Both the position numbers and the translations under genes were made by a program. Of a stretch of 64,000 nt of DNA, positions 8,484 to 17,506 are shown one piece after another. The DNA is from Bacteroidales bacterium. Lineage in GTDB: Bacteria; Bacteroidota; Bacteroidia; Bacteroidales; VadinHA17. The notes beneath the pieces are model-generated. The model saw only the letters and a list, made by a program, of their open reading frames with translations. It was not told the origin of the DNA and did no database searches. The stretch is from assembly GCA_038325595.1 (NCBI GenBank), contig JBBQJD010000007.1, positions 875-64,874 on the forward strand. The letters are read 5' to 3'. The stretch's first letter is position 1. Each line of letters begins with the position of its first letter.

Positions 8484-9890
8484 ATGAAACCATTTATTAA
8501 CGGGAATTTTCTGCTGGGAAATAAAGTTTCAGAACGTTTATACCATGAATATGCTGAATGGCAGCCAATTATAGACTTCCATTGTCATCTCTCACCTGCA
8601 ATGATAGCTGAAGACAGGCAGTTTCTCAATCTTACACAGGCATGGCTTGAAGGCGATCATTATAAATGGCGTGCAATGCGCACAAATGGCATTAATGAGA
8701 AATTCTGCACCGGCGATGCTTCAGATATTGATAAATTCAATAAATGGGCAGAAACAGTACCTGCAACTGTTGGAAATCCCCTGTATCACTGGACACATCT
8801 TGAACTTGCCAGATATTTTAATATCACCGGACTGCTCTCACCTTCTACAGCCAGGGAAATATATGAAAAATCTTCTGCCCTGCTCCAGACCAAAGAATTC
8901 AGCTGCAGATCGATAATAAAAAAAATGAATGTGGAAGTTATTTGCACTACCGATGATCCTGCAGATAATCTGGAACATCACAAGACACTTAAAACAGATT
9001 TTGAAATACCGGTTCTGCCTACATGGCGGCCAGATAATGTTGTTAAAACAGAAGATCCGGGTAAATTCACGGCATATATTCAGAAGCTTTCCCGGGCAAG
9101 CGGAGTTGAAATAAGCAGTTTTGAAAAACTTATTGAAGCTCTCGACAGCAGGCACAGAGTTTTTCATGAAGCAGGAGGACGGTTGTCTGATCATGGGCTT
9201 GACCGGTTCTATTTCGATACATATAATGCATCAGAGATAGATTCGATATTCAAAAAATTGCATAAGGGAGAAACTATTACCTCTGACGAAGCTGAAAAGT
9301 ACAAAACTGCAACAATGACTGAGCTTTGCAGGATGAATCATAAACGAGGATGGACACAACAATTTCACGTAGGTGCGATGAGAAATAATAATGCCAGGAT
9401 GTTCAGGCAGATGGGTCCTGATACAGGCTGGGATTCTATTGGAGTTGCACAGGATGCTCTGAAAATGTCAAAGTTCCTCAGCGCCCTTGACAATACAGAT
9501 CAACTTGCAAAAACGATACTTTATAATCTTAATCCAGCTGATAATGAGATGATGATTACCATGGCAGGAAATTTCAATGATGGCTCATCTGCTGCAAAAG
9601 TGCAATATGGAGCAGCATGGTGGTTCCTCGATCAGAAAAACGGCATGGAGAAACATTTAAAGGATTTATCATCACTTGGATTGTTAAGGAGGTTTGTCGG
9701 AATGGTTACTGATTCGCGAAGTTTTCTCTCTTACCCGCGTCATGAATATTTCAGACGACTTTTATGCAATTACATCGGCGAAGAAGTTGAAAAAGGCCTT
9801 ATCCCTGATGAACCCGAACTTCTGAAGCCTCTGATTGAAGGAATCTCGTACGGAAATGCAAAAGCATATTTCGGCTTTAACAACAAATAG
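8484..9890 (+). CDS. uxaC: Glucuronate isomerase
   Basis: DFHCHLSP motif and full-length similarity to UxaC. ATG at 8484 (MKPFINGNF) is preferred over the track GTG at 8430, which lies inside the palindrome. Confidence 0.9.
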   Translation: MKPFINGNFLLGNKVSERLYHEYAEWQPIIDFHCHLSPAMIAEDRQFLNLTQAWLEGDHYKWRAMRTNGINEKFCTGDASDIDKFNKWAETVPATVGNPLYHWTHLELARYFNITGLLSPSTAREIYEKSSALLQTKEFSCRSIIKKMNVEVICTTDDPADNLEHHKTLKTDFEIPVLPTWRPDNVVKTEDPGKFTAYIQKLSRASGVEISSFEKLIEALDSRHRVFHEAGGRLSDHGLDRFYFDTYNASEIDSIFKKLHKGETITSDEAEKYKTATMTELCRMNHKRGWTQQFHVGAMRNNNARMFRQMGPDTGWDSIGVAQDALKMSKFLSALDNTDQLAKTILYNLNPADNEMMITMAGNFNDGSSAAKVQYGAAWWFLDQKNGMEKHLKDLSSLGLLRRFVGMVTDSRSFLSYPRHEYFRRLLCNYIGEEVEKGLIPDEPELLKPLIEGISYGNAKAYFGFNNK

Positions 9891-9918
9891 ACTCTCAGAA
9901 AATTAAAATTCATACCCA

Positions 9919-10761
9919 ATGAACGAATTGAACTTAAAAAATAAGGTTGCGGTAATCACCGGCGGTGCCGGAATCATATGTTCAACCATGGCCAAATCTC
10001 TTGCTGCCCAGGGCGTCAAAACAGTTATTCTTGATCTTAACAAAGAGGCTGCTGTTAAAGTTGCTTCTGAAATTGAAAATGAATTCAAAACACCTTCAAT
10101 TGGGGTCTCTGCCAGCGTTCTGGATAAAGCATCACTTGTAACAGCACTTGAAGAGATCCATAAGGCATTCGGACCAATCGATATTCTTGTAAACGGAGCC
10201 GGTGGAAATTCACCTGCTGCCACAACAAAGGTTGAAAGGATGGAAGGTACTGAAAATGAGAATCTTGAAGACACATTTTTCGGACTTCAGACTGAAGGGT
10301 TCGATAAGGTATTTGATCTGAATTTTAAAGGAACATTAATCCCTACTATGGTTTTTGCAACTGATCTGGTTAAGAAGAAATCTGGTGTGATTATCAATAT
10401 CTCATCGATGAACTCATACAGACCCTTAACAAAGATTGCTGCATACTCTGCAGCCAAGGCTGCTGTTAATAATTTCACACAGTGGCTTGCAGTTCATTTT
10501 TCAAAGACAGGCATCAGGGTTAATGCAATCGCTCCCGGATTTCTTCTTACCAACCAGAATAGGTTCCTTCTTATAGATGAAAAAACCGGTGACCTTACTG
10601 CCAGAGGAAAAAAGATCATCAACGGAACACCGATGGAAAGGTATTGTATCCCGGAAGAATTAACCGGAACGCTTCTGTACCTTGTTTCTGATTTATCTAA
10701 ATTCGTAACAGGGGTTGTGATTCCGGTGGATGGGGGATTTAGTGCGTATAGCGGAGTGTAG
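9919..10761 (+). CDS. uxuB: SDR-family D-mannonate (fructuronate) oxidoreductase-like
   Basis: TGGAGIICSTMA and YSAAKAAV motifs. About 280-aa SDR immediately after uxaC, as in Bacteroidota hexuronate loci. Confidence 0.6.
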   Translation: MNELNLKNKVAVITGGAGIICSTMAKSLAAQGVKTVILDLNKEAAVKVASEIENEFKTPSIGVSASVLDKASLVTALEEIHKAFGPIDILVNGAGGNSPAATTKVERMEGTENENLEDTFFGLQTEGFDKVFDLNFKGTLIPTMVFATDLVKKKSGVIINISSMNSYRPLTKIAAYSAAKAAVNNFTQWLAVHFSKTGIRVNAIAPGFLLTNQNRFLLIDEKTGDLTARGKKIINGTPMERYCIPEELTGTLLYLVSDLSKFVTGVVIPVDGGFSAYSGV

Positions 10762-10825
10762 TCTGAGTTGAGAGGGGTGCTGGTGCCGGGTGCTGAAACT
10801 CGCAATTACGACGAAAGAGTGTTAC
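10762..10825 (+). repeat. G-rich short-word tandem repeat abutting a stop codon
   Basis: GGGGTGCTGGTGCCGGGTGCTG starts just after the TAG at 10759-10761. Shares words with 4161-4210 and 13270-13287. Confidence 0.75.
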
Positions 10826-10848
10826 AATATTGATTAAAGAAAAAAATT

Positions 10849-12120
10849 ATGATTTACTATCAGTCTGGTTCAGTAAATACTGCCCTCAGTAAAAATGAAA
10901 TCGAGTATGGGCTTTATTCTGCCCTGGTTAAGATTGGAGCCAGGAAGAAGGTGCTGGTGGTTCCTCCCGATTTTACAAGGTTTCATTCAAAGGCGGGTGA
11001 ACTCACAACATTAATATACAATTATTATAAGGATAGCCTCACCGACATTCTTCCCGCCCTGGGAACCCATTCGCCAATGTCTGACCGTGAGCTTGATGAG
11101 ATGTTCATTGGTGTTCCTAAAAGCCTTTTCAGGGTTCATGACTGGAGGAAAGATGTTATAACAATAGGAACAATACCAGGTGAATTTGTTTCGGATATCA
11201 CAAACGGAGCTCTTAATTATTCATGGCCTGCCCAACTTAACAGGCTGGTAATCAATGGAGGACATGATCTTATCCTATCTGTCGGTCAGGTTGTTCCCCA
11301 TGAAGTTATCGGTATGGCTAACTATAATAAAAATCTCCTCATAGGAACAGGTGGTCCTGAAGGAATTAACAAAAGCCACTTCATTGGTGCTGTTTACGGT
11401 ATGGAGAAGATAATGGGTAAAGCCAGTAATCCTGTCAGAAGCCTGCTGAATTACGGAGCCTCCAAGTTTATGAATCATCTTCCTGTGGTATATGTGCACA
11501 CTGTAATTAGCCGTGATGATTCGGGAAAACTTGTAATGCGTGGATTATACATAGGTGATGATGAAGAAGTTTTCCGGCTTGCCGCTGAATTATCAATTAA
11601 AGTAAATTTCTCGCTCCTTGAAAAGCCATTGAAGAAAGTTGTGGTTTACCTTGATCCTTCGGAATATAAAAGCACATGGCTGGGGAACAAAAGTATTTAC
11701 AGGACGCGGATGGCAATGGCTGATAATGGAGAACTTATAGTTCTGGCACCGGGATTGAAAGAATTTGGAGAAGATAAGGAAATTGACAGGCTGATAAGAA
11801 AGTATGGATATATGGGAACGCCTGCCACACTTAAATCCCTTAGTGAAAACGAAGAGCTGAATAATAATCTGAGCGCAGCAGCTCACCTGATCCATGGAAG
11901 CTCTGAGGGCAGGTTCTCAATAACCTATTGTCCCGGAACTTTGACACGGAATGAGATCGAGTCAGTTAACTTCAGGTATTCCGATTTAGGTGAAATGCTT
12001 AAAAAATACAATCCGGGAAAGCTGAAAGAAGGCTTTAACCTCACCGATGACGGAGAGGAAATATTCTTTATTTATAATCCGGCATTAGGATTATGGACAT
12101 CAAAGGAAAGATTGCAATAA
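10849..12120 (+). CDS. LarA-like (DUF2088) putative nickel-pincer-dependent 2-hydroxyacid racemase/epimerase
   Basis: PPDFTRFHS, ALGTHSPMSDRELDEMF and VVPHEVIGMANYNKNLLIG line up by eye with the LarA segments SSDHTRPVP, ATGFHRPSTHEEL and ESHFFAGFSGGRKS. Confidence 0.55.
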   Translation: MIYYQSGSVNTALSKNEIEYGLYSALVKIGARKKVLVVPPDFTRFHSKAGELTTLIYNYYKDSLTDILPALGTHSPMSDRELDEMFIGVPKSLFRVHDWRKDVITIGTIPGEFVSDITNGALNYSWPAQLNRLVINGGHDLILSVGQVVPHEVIGMANYNKNLLIGTGGPEGINKSHFIGAVYGMEKIMGKASNPVRSLLNYGASKFMNHLPVVYVHTVISRDDSGKLVMRGLYIGDDEEVFRLAAELSIKVNFSLLEKPLKKVVVYLDPSEYKSTWLGNKSIYRTRMAMADNGELIVLAPGLKEFGEDKEIDRLIRKYGYMGTPATLKSLSENEELNNNLSAAAHLIHGSSEGRFSITYCPGTLTRNEIESVNFRYSDLGEMLKKYNPGKLKEGFNLTDDGEEIFFIYNPALGLWTSKERLQ

Positions 12121-12142
12121 CTAATCAAATCCGGTATCATCA

Positions 12143-13126
12143 ATGATAAAATGGGGAATAATAGGTTGCGGCAATGTAACTGAGGTTAAAAGCGGACCTG
12201 CATTCAACAAGGTGAAAGATTCAAAGCTTGTAGCAGTAATGCGCAGGAATGCATCACTTGCCGAAGACTATGCCCGCAGGCATAATGTACCTAAGTTTTA
12301 TTCACAGGCTTCAGATCTTATAAATGATAATGAGGTAGATGCGGTATATGTGGCAACACCTCCGGGCAGTCATGCACAGTATGCTATTGAAACAATAAAA
12401 GCAGGGAAACCGGTTTATATTGAGAAGCCGATGGCTGTCAGTTATGAAGAGTGCCTTAGAATAAACGAGGCATCTGAAAAATACAAAGTTCCTGTTTTTG
12501 TTGCATATTACAGAAGGGGTCTGCCGGGATTCCTAAAAGTAAAAGAACTCATAGGAAACGGAAGTATCGGGAAAGTTCTCTTTGTGCAAATGCAGCTTTT
12601 TAAACCTCCGTCAGAAAACGAGAAAAAAGGGACATTACCCTGGCGTGTTGATCCTTCTGTTTCCGGAGGCGGACATTTTTTTGATCTGGGCAGTCATCAG
12701 CTCGACTACCTTGATTTCGTATTTGGTCCTGTTCAGAAGGTAAAATCCATTGCTCTTAATCAGAGCGGACTCTACAAGGCAGAGGATTTTGTGTCTGCAG
12801 AGCTTATGTTTCCGGATAATGTTGCAGGAACAACAACATGGAGCTTTGGTGTTTCTTCTGACAGCTACAGGGATATTATTGAGATATTCGGGGACAAAGG
12901 ATCAATTAAATTTTCGACATTCACTTTTGACCCGATTATTGTATCAACTCCATCAGGCAAACAGGAATTTATAAATGAGCGTCCCGAGCATGTTCAGTAT
13001 TATCTGATCGACAAGATTGTTCAGTCACTTATGGGAAAAGGAGAATCACCAAGCACAGGAATAACAGCGGCCAGGACAAGCAAGGTTATGGATGAGATTG
13101 TGGCTGAGTATTATAAGAAGGGATGA
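12143..13126 (+). CDS. Gfo/Idh/MocA-family NAD(P)-dependent oxidoreductase
   Basis: N-terminal GIIGCGNV Rossmann motif and EKPMA motif. 327 aa. Confidence 0.8.
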   Translation: MIKWGIIGCGNVTEVKSGPAFNKVKDSKLVAVMRRNASLAEDYARRHNVPKFYSQASDLINDNEVDAVYVATPPGSHAQYAIETIKAGKPVYIEKPMAVSYEECLRINEASEKYKVPVFVAYYRRGLPGFLKVKELIGNGSIGKVLFVQMQLFKPPSENEKKGTLPWRVDPSVSGGGHFFDLGSHQLDYLDFVFGPVQKVKSIALNQSGLYKAEDFVSAELMFPDNVAGTTTWSFGVSSDSYRDIIEIFGDKGSIKFSTFTFDPIIVSTPSGKQEFINERPEHVQYYLIDKIVQSLMGKGESPSTGITAARTSKVMDEIVAEYYKKG

Positions 13127-13290
13127 GGAGTGAGGGACGAAGGGACTAAATGACGAAGAGACGAAGAGACGGAGGGACGGAGGGACGAACCTATGCCTTG
13201 GTGAACCTTTGTGTCTTGGTGTCTTGGTGGCAAAAAATTTAAGGAATGAGTAGTGAGGGATAAGGTATTGGGTGCCGGGTGTTGGGTATA
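13127..13290 (+). repeat. Long short-word tandem mosaic repeat
   Basis: Successive blocks GAGGGACGAAGGGAC, GACGAAGAGACGAAGAGACGGAGGGACGGAGGGACG, CCTTGGTGAACCTTTGTGTCTTGGTGTCTTGGTGG and GGGTGCCGGGTGTTGGGT. Starts right after the TGA at 13124-13126. Confidence 0.85.
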
Positions 13291-13341
13291 AATAGGAAAA
13301 AATCAAGATAAAAAATAAAATTTATTGCTAAATACTTAATT

Positions 13342-14796
13342 ATGAACAAATTATCAGACATTGGATTAATTGGCCTTGCAGTAATGGGTGAAAATCTTGT
13401 TCTCAATATGGAGAGCAAAGGTTTCCAGGTTTCGGTTTATAACCGTACCGACCAGAAAGTTGTGGATTTCATTTCAGGCAGAGCCAGTGGTAAAAATATC
13501 ATCGGGACTCATTCAATTGAAGAATTTGTCGGATCGCTGGAACGGCCCAGAAAAATAATGCTTATGATCAAGGCTGGGGTTGCTGTCGATGCCATGATTG
13601 ATACACTTCTACCCCATCTGGAAAAAGGGGATATACTTATTGATGGTGGCAACACTCATTTTCCTGACACCAACAGGCGTACTGCATTTGTTGAAAGCAA
13701 AGGCTTGCTGTATATCGGTACCGGGGTTTCAGGAGGTGAGGAAGGCGCCTTGCTGGGACCCTCAATAATGCCGGGAGGATCAAAGGCAGCATGGCCAATT
13801 GTTAAACCTATTTTTCAGGCCATAGCAGCAAAGGTTGACGATGGTACTCCATGTTGTGACTGGGTTGGGGAGAACGGTGCCGGTCATTTTGTAAAGATGG
13901 TGCACAACGGCATTGAGTATGGCGACATGCAGTTAATAACTGAAGCCTATCAGATAATGCGCGATTTGCTTAAAATGAGTGCAGATGAAATGCATCTTGT
14001 TTTTAAGGAATGGAATAAGGGTGAACTCGACAGCTATCTTATTGAGATTACCAGGGACATACTTGCATATAAAGATACAGACGGAAAGCCGCTGGTTGAC
14101 AAAATCCTCGACACAGCCGGCCAGAAAGGTACGGGTAAATGGACAGTTGTTTCTGCTCTTGACCTGGGAATTTCTCTTACCCTTATCGGTGAAGCAGTCT
14201 TTTCCAGGTGTCTTTCTGCAGTAAAGGATGAACGGGTTATTGCTTCAGGCCTGATCAAAGGTCCGGAAAAAGCTTTCCAGGGTGACAAAAAAGCATTTCT
14301 CGATGACCTGATGAATGCGCTGTATGCCTCAAAAATAGTCTCATACGCTCAGGGTTATTCATTAATGAGAGCTGCCGCGGAAGAATATAAATGGAATCTT
14401 AACTATGGCGGAATAGCCCTGATGTGGCGTGGAGGCTGTATTATCAGATCAGCATTCCTTGGAAAAATAAAAACTGCTTTCGACAATAATCCTTCAATAA
14501 CCAATCTGCTGATCGATCCATACTTCCGGGAAAAAGTAGAAAAAGCTCAGATAGGATGGAGGAACGTTGTGGCAACTGCAGCATTGAATGGCATTCCTTT
14601 GCCCGCCATTTCATCAGCACTTGGATATTTCGATGGTTACCGCTGCGAAAAGCTGCCAGCCAATCTCTTACAGGCACAAAGGGATTATTTTGGTGCACAT
14701 ACTTATGAGCGTACCGATAAGCCAAGAGGTGAGTTCTTCCACACGAACTGGACAGGCAGGGGTGGCACAACCGCTTCGACAACCTATAATGTTTAA
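13342..14796 (+). CDS. gnd: 6-phosphogluconate dehydrogenase, decarboxylating
   Basis: GLIGLAVMGENLVLN, GTGVSGGEEGA and HFVKMVHNGIEYGDMQLI are near-identical to canonical Gnd blocks. Confidence 0.95.
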   Translation: MNKLSDIGLIGLAVMGENLVLNMESKGFQVSVYNRTDQKVVDFISGRASGKNIIGTHSIEEFVGSLERPRKIMLMIKAGVAVDAMIDTLLPHLEKGDILIDGGNTHFPDTNRRTAFVESKGLLYIGTGVSGGEEGALLGPSIMPGGSKAAWPIVKPIFQAIAAKVDDGTPCCDWVGENGAGHFVKMVHNGIEYGDMQLITEAYQIMRDLLKMSADEMHLVFKEWNKGELDSYLIEITRDILAYKDTDGKPLVDKILDTAGQKGTGKWTVVSALDLGISLTLIGEAVFSRCLSAVKDERVIASGLIKGPEKAFQGDKKAFLDDLMNALYASKIVSYAQGYSLMRAAAEEYKWNLNYGGIALMWRGGCIIRSAFLGKIKTAFDNNPSITNLLIDPYFREKVEKAQIGWRNVVATAALNGIPLPAISSALGYFDGYRCEKLPANLLQAQRDYFGAHTYERTDKPRGEFFHTNWTGRGGTTASTTYNV

Positions 14797-14819
14797 CCCA
14801 TACCAACCTAATCTATACT

Positions 14820-16346
14820 ATGTCCGAATTTAATAAGAAAATCGGTAAATACAGGTGGACTATATGTGCACTTGTATTCTTTGCAACCACTGTAAATTAT
14901 CTGGACAGACAGGTGCTCAGTTTGTTGAAAGACACTCTTGAGGTACAGTTCAACTGGAGCGATACTGATTATGCCAACATAGTATCTGCTTTTCAATTTG
15001 TCTATGCAATATCCATGCTTTTTGCCGGTCGTTTCATTGACTGGCTTGGAACTAAATGGGGATATGCCTGGTCGCTCATCATCTGGTCACTTGCCGCTAT
15101 GGGTCATGCCCTTGCTAAAAGCACAGGGGGATTCATGGTTGCCCGGGGTCTGCTTGGATTTGGTGAATCTGGTAACTTCCCGGCTGCCATCAAAACTATA
15201 GCTGAATGGTTCCCGAAAAAGGAAAGAGCTCTCGCAACCGGCATTTTCAATTCCGGCACCAATGTGGGTGCTATTCTTGCTCCGTTGGTTGTTCCATGGA
15301 TCGTCTCGCATCTTGGCTGGGAGGCAGCATTCATAATAATTGGAGCCATCGGTTTCACATGGCTCATCTTCTGGTTCTGGCTGTATGAAATTCCTTCAAG
15401 AAGTAAAAGAGTTGAGAAACCTGAATATGATTATATTCATGCTGATAATTTTGATGAATCAGGAACAGCATATGCCGAAAATTCAGAAAAAGTACCATGG
15501 TTTAAACTTCTGAAGTACAAACAGACCTGGGCATTCAGTTTTGGAAAATTCATGACTGATGGGGTTTGGTGGTTCTATTTATTCTGGCTTCCCGCTTACC
15601 TTAAAGCTCAGTACGGAATGACCGGAATGGACGTAGCTTTTCCTCTTGCAGTGCTTTATACAATGTCGACTGTCGGCAGTATAACCGGTGGTTGGTTTCC
15701 GATGTATTTCATAAAAAAAGGATACGATCCCTATACCGGACGAATGAAAGCTATGCTTCTTATAGCAATGTTCCCTCTCCTTGTTCTGTCTGCTCAATAC
15801 CTTGGAGGTATCAGCTTCTGGTTACCGGTTCTTATAATTGGAATCGGCACAGCTGCCCACCAGGCTTGGTCGGCAAATATATTTACCACAGTTTCTGACA
15901 TGTTCCCTAAAAAGACGGTCGCCAGCGTAACCGGTATCGGCGGCATGGCAGGCGGTATCGGCGGTATTGTTGTAAACAAGGCTTCAGGATGGCTTTTCGA
16001 TAGTCACCGAAGCGCCGGTATAGCAAAATCATGGATTGAAGCCCAGGGACAAAACCTGGGTGAATTTGTTGAAAAAATCAGATCCGTAACTTTAACAAAT
16101 AAATACAATGATATAATTGATATTGACAAAGTAGCATTAAATAACCTTCCGTCAGAAGTGATTCAGCAGATACAGGCAATTGATCCGGCAATGTTTGAAA
16201 AAATGAAGACCATTCAAATACCTATAATTCAAAGCAATATGACAACTGCTTACACTTTTGTATTTGTTTTTTGCGCTCTTGCTTACCTGATTGCATGGGC
16301 TGTAATGCATTTTATGGTTCCCAAAATGGAAAAAGTGGAAATTTAA
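14820..16346 (+). CDS. exuT: MFS hexuronate transporter (ExuT/ACS family) with a long hydrophilic insertion before the last TM
   Basis: N-terminus RWTICALVFFATTVNYLDRQVLS is typical of ExuT. About 12 TM helices. Confidence 0.75.
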   Translation: MSEFNKKIGKYRWTICALVFFATTVNYLDRQVLSLLKDTLEVQFNWSDTDYANIVSAFQFVYAISMLFAGRFIDWLGTKWGYAWSLIIWSLAAMGHALAKSTGGFMVARGLLGFGESGNFPAAIKTIAEWFPKKERALATGIFNSGTNVGAILAPLVVPWIVSHLGWEAAFIIIGAIGFTWLIFWFWLYEIPSRSKRVEKPEYDYIHADNFDESGTAYAENSEKVPWFKLLKYKQTWAFSFGKFMTDGVWWFYLFWLPAYLKAQYGMTGMDVAFPLAVLYTMSTVGSITGGWFPMYFIKKGYDPYTGRMKAMLLIAMFPLLVLSAQYLGGISFWLPVLIIGIGTAAHQAWSANIFTTVSDMFPKKTVASVTGIGGMAGGIGGIVVNKASGWLFDSHRSAGIAKSWIEAQGQNLGEFVEKIRSVTLTNKYNDIIDIDKVALNNLPSEVIQQIQAIDPAMFEKMKTIQIPIIQSNMTTAYTFVFVFCALAYLIAWAVMHFMVPKMEKVEI

Positions 16347-16359
16347 ATTCTGAGATATT

Positions 16360-16400
16360 ATCCGGGATACAGGGTCAATTTAGCCTTATCCCGGATTTAT
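16360..16400 (+). terminator. Candidate intrinsic terminator after exuT
   Basis: 10-bp stem ATCCGGGATA / TATCCCGGAT with a 17-nt loop, followed by TTTATT. Confidence 0.45.
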
Positions 16401-16410
16401 TGCTGCTTAA

Positions 16411-17466
16411 ATGAAACCTGTAAAGTCAAGAATCAAGGATATAGCCCGTCTTGCCGGAGTCTCAATAGGTACCGTTGACAGAGTATTGCATGAGAGAGGT
16501 GAGGTAGCTGAAAAGACAAGGCTCAGGGTTGAGACTATCCTTAAAGATAATAATTATAAACCCAATGTGATGGCACAGGTTCTAAGGTCGAAAAAACCGT
16601 ATAACCTGGTTTCATTGCTCCCGGAGCCAACAAAAGAAAATTCCTTCTGGAAAAAGCATTCTGCCGGAATGACCAAGGCTTTGGAAGAACTAGATCCTTT
16701 TCCAATTAATCTGACTCAGATCACTTTTGATATGCAGAATGAGGAAGATTTTCAAAAGAAAACATTAAAGGTTTCAGAATTAAATCCTGACGGTGTATTG
16801 CTTGCCCCGATCTTCAAGTCGGAATCCACTGCATTCTGCTCTCTTCTTAGCATGAAAAAAATCCCATTTATATTTGTTGATGAATTTATCGGAAACACTG
16901 ATTATCTGGCATATGTGGGCGAAGATACTTTTAAGAGCGGAAGGGTTGCAGGGCAGCTGGTTGACATGGTAACGCCTGCGGAAAGGGACATAATTGTAAT
17001 AAATATCGCCAGGAATCTTCAGAATGTTCATCATCTGAAGAACCGCACGGAAGGTTTCTTTGACTATTTCAAAGACAGAGGCAGTAATAAGGGGAATAAG
17101 TTAAATATCAGCATTCCTGATCCCTCTGATGAGAGCGTGCAGATTGCCCTGGATAAAGTTTTCTACAGCAATCCTGGCATAGGGTCAGTTTTCATTACCG
17201 GCTCGAAATCACACCTGATTGCTGTTTACCTGAAGGACCATGGACTTAAAACAGTCAATGTAGTCGGTTATGATCTGCTTGATCTGAATGTTGAATATCT
17301 GAAATCAGGAATTATCAGTTTTTTAATTGGACAGCGGCCGGAGGACCAAACTTACAGAGCCATTAAAAAATTATTCGAATTTCTGTCTCTGAACAAAATA
17401 CCGGAGAAAACAGAATATCTTCCTGTTGACATTGTTACATCTGAAAATGTCGACTTCTTCTTATAA
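16411..17466 (+). CDS. LacI-family transcriptional regulator
   Basis: N-terminal HTH (IKDIARLAGVSIGTVDRVLH) plus a periplasmic-binding-protein-like sugar-binding domain. Confidence 0.9.
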   Translation: MKPVKSRIKDIARLAGVSIGTVDRVLHERGEVAEKTRLRVETILKDNNYKPNVMAQVLRSKKPYNLVSLLPEPTKENSFWKKHSAGMTKALEELDPFPINLTQITFDMQNEEDFQKKTLKVSELNPDGVLLAPIFKSESTAFCSLLSMKKIPFIFVDEFIGNTDYLAYVGEDTFKSGRVAGQLVDMVTPAERDIIVINIARNLQNVHHLKNRTEGFFDYFKDRGSNKGNKLNISIPDPSDESVQIALDKVFYSNPGIGSVFITGSKSHLIAVYLKDHGLKTVNVVGYDLLDLNVEYLKSGIISFLIGQRPEDQTYRAIKKLFEFLSLNKIPEKTEYLPVDIVTSENVDFFL

Positions 17467-17506
17467 ACGTTTGAATGAGTTCATATTAATCATATATATT
17501 ACATTA

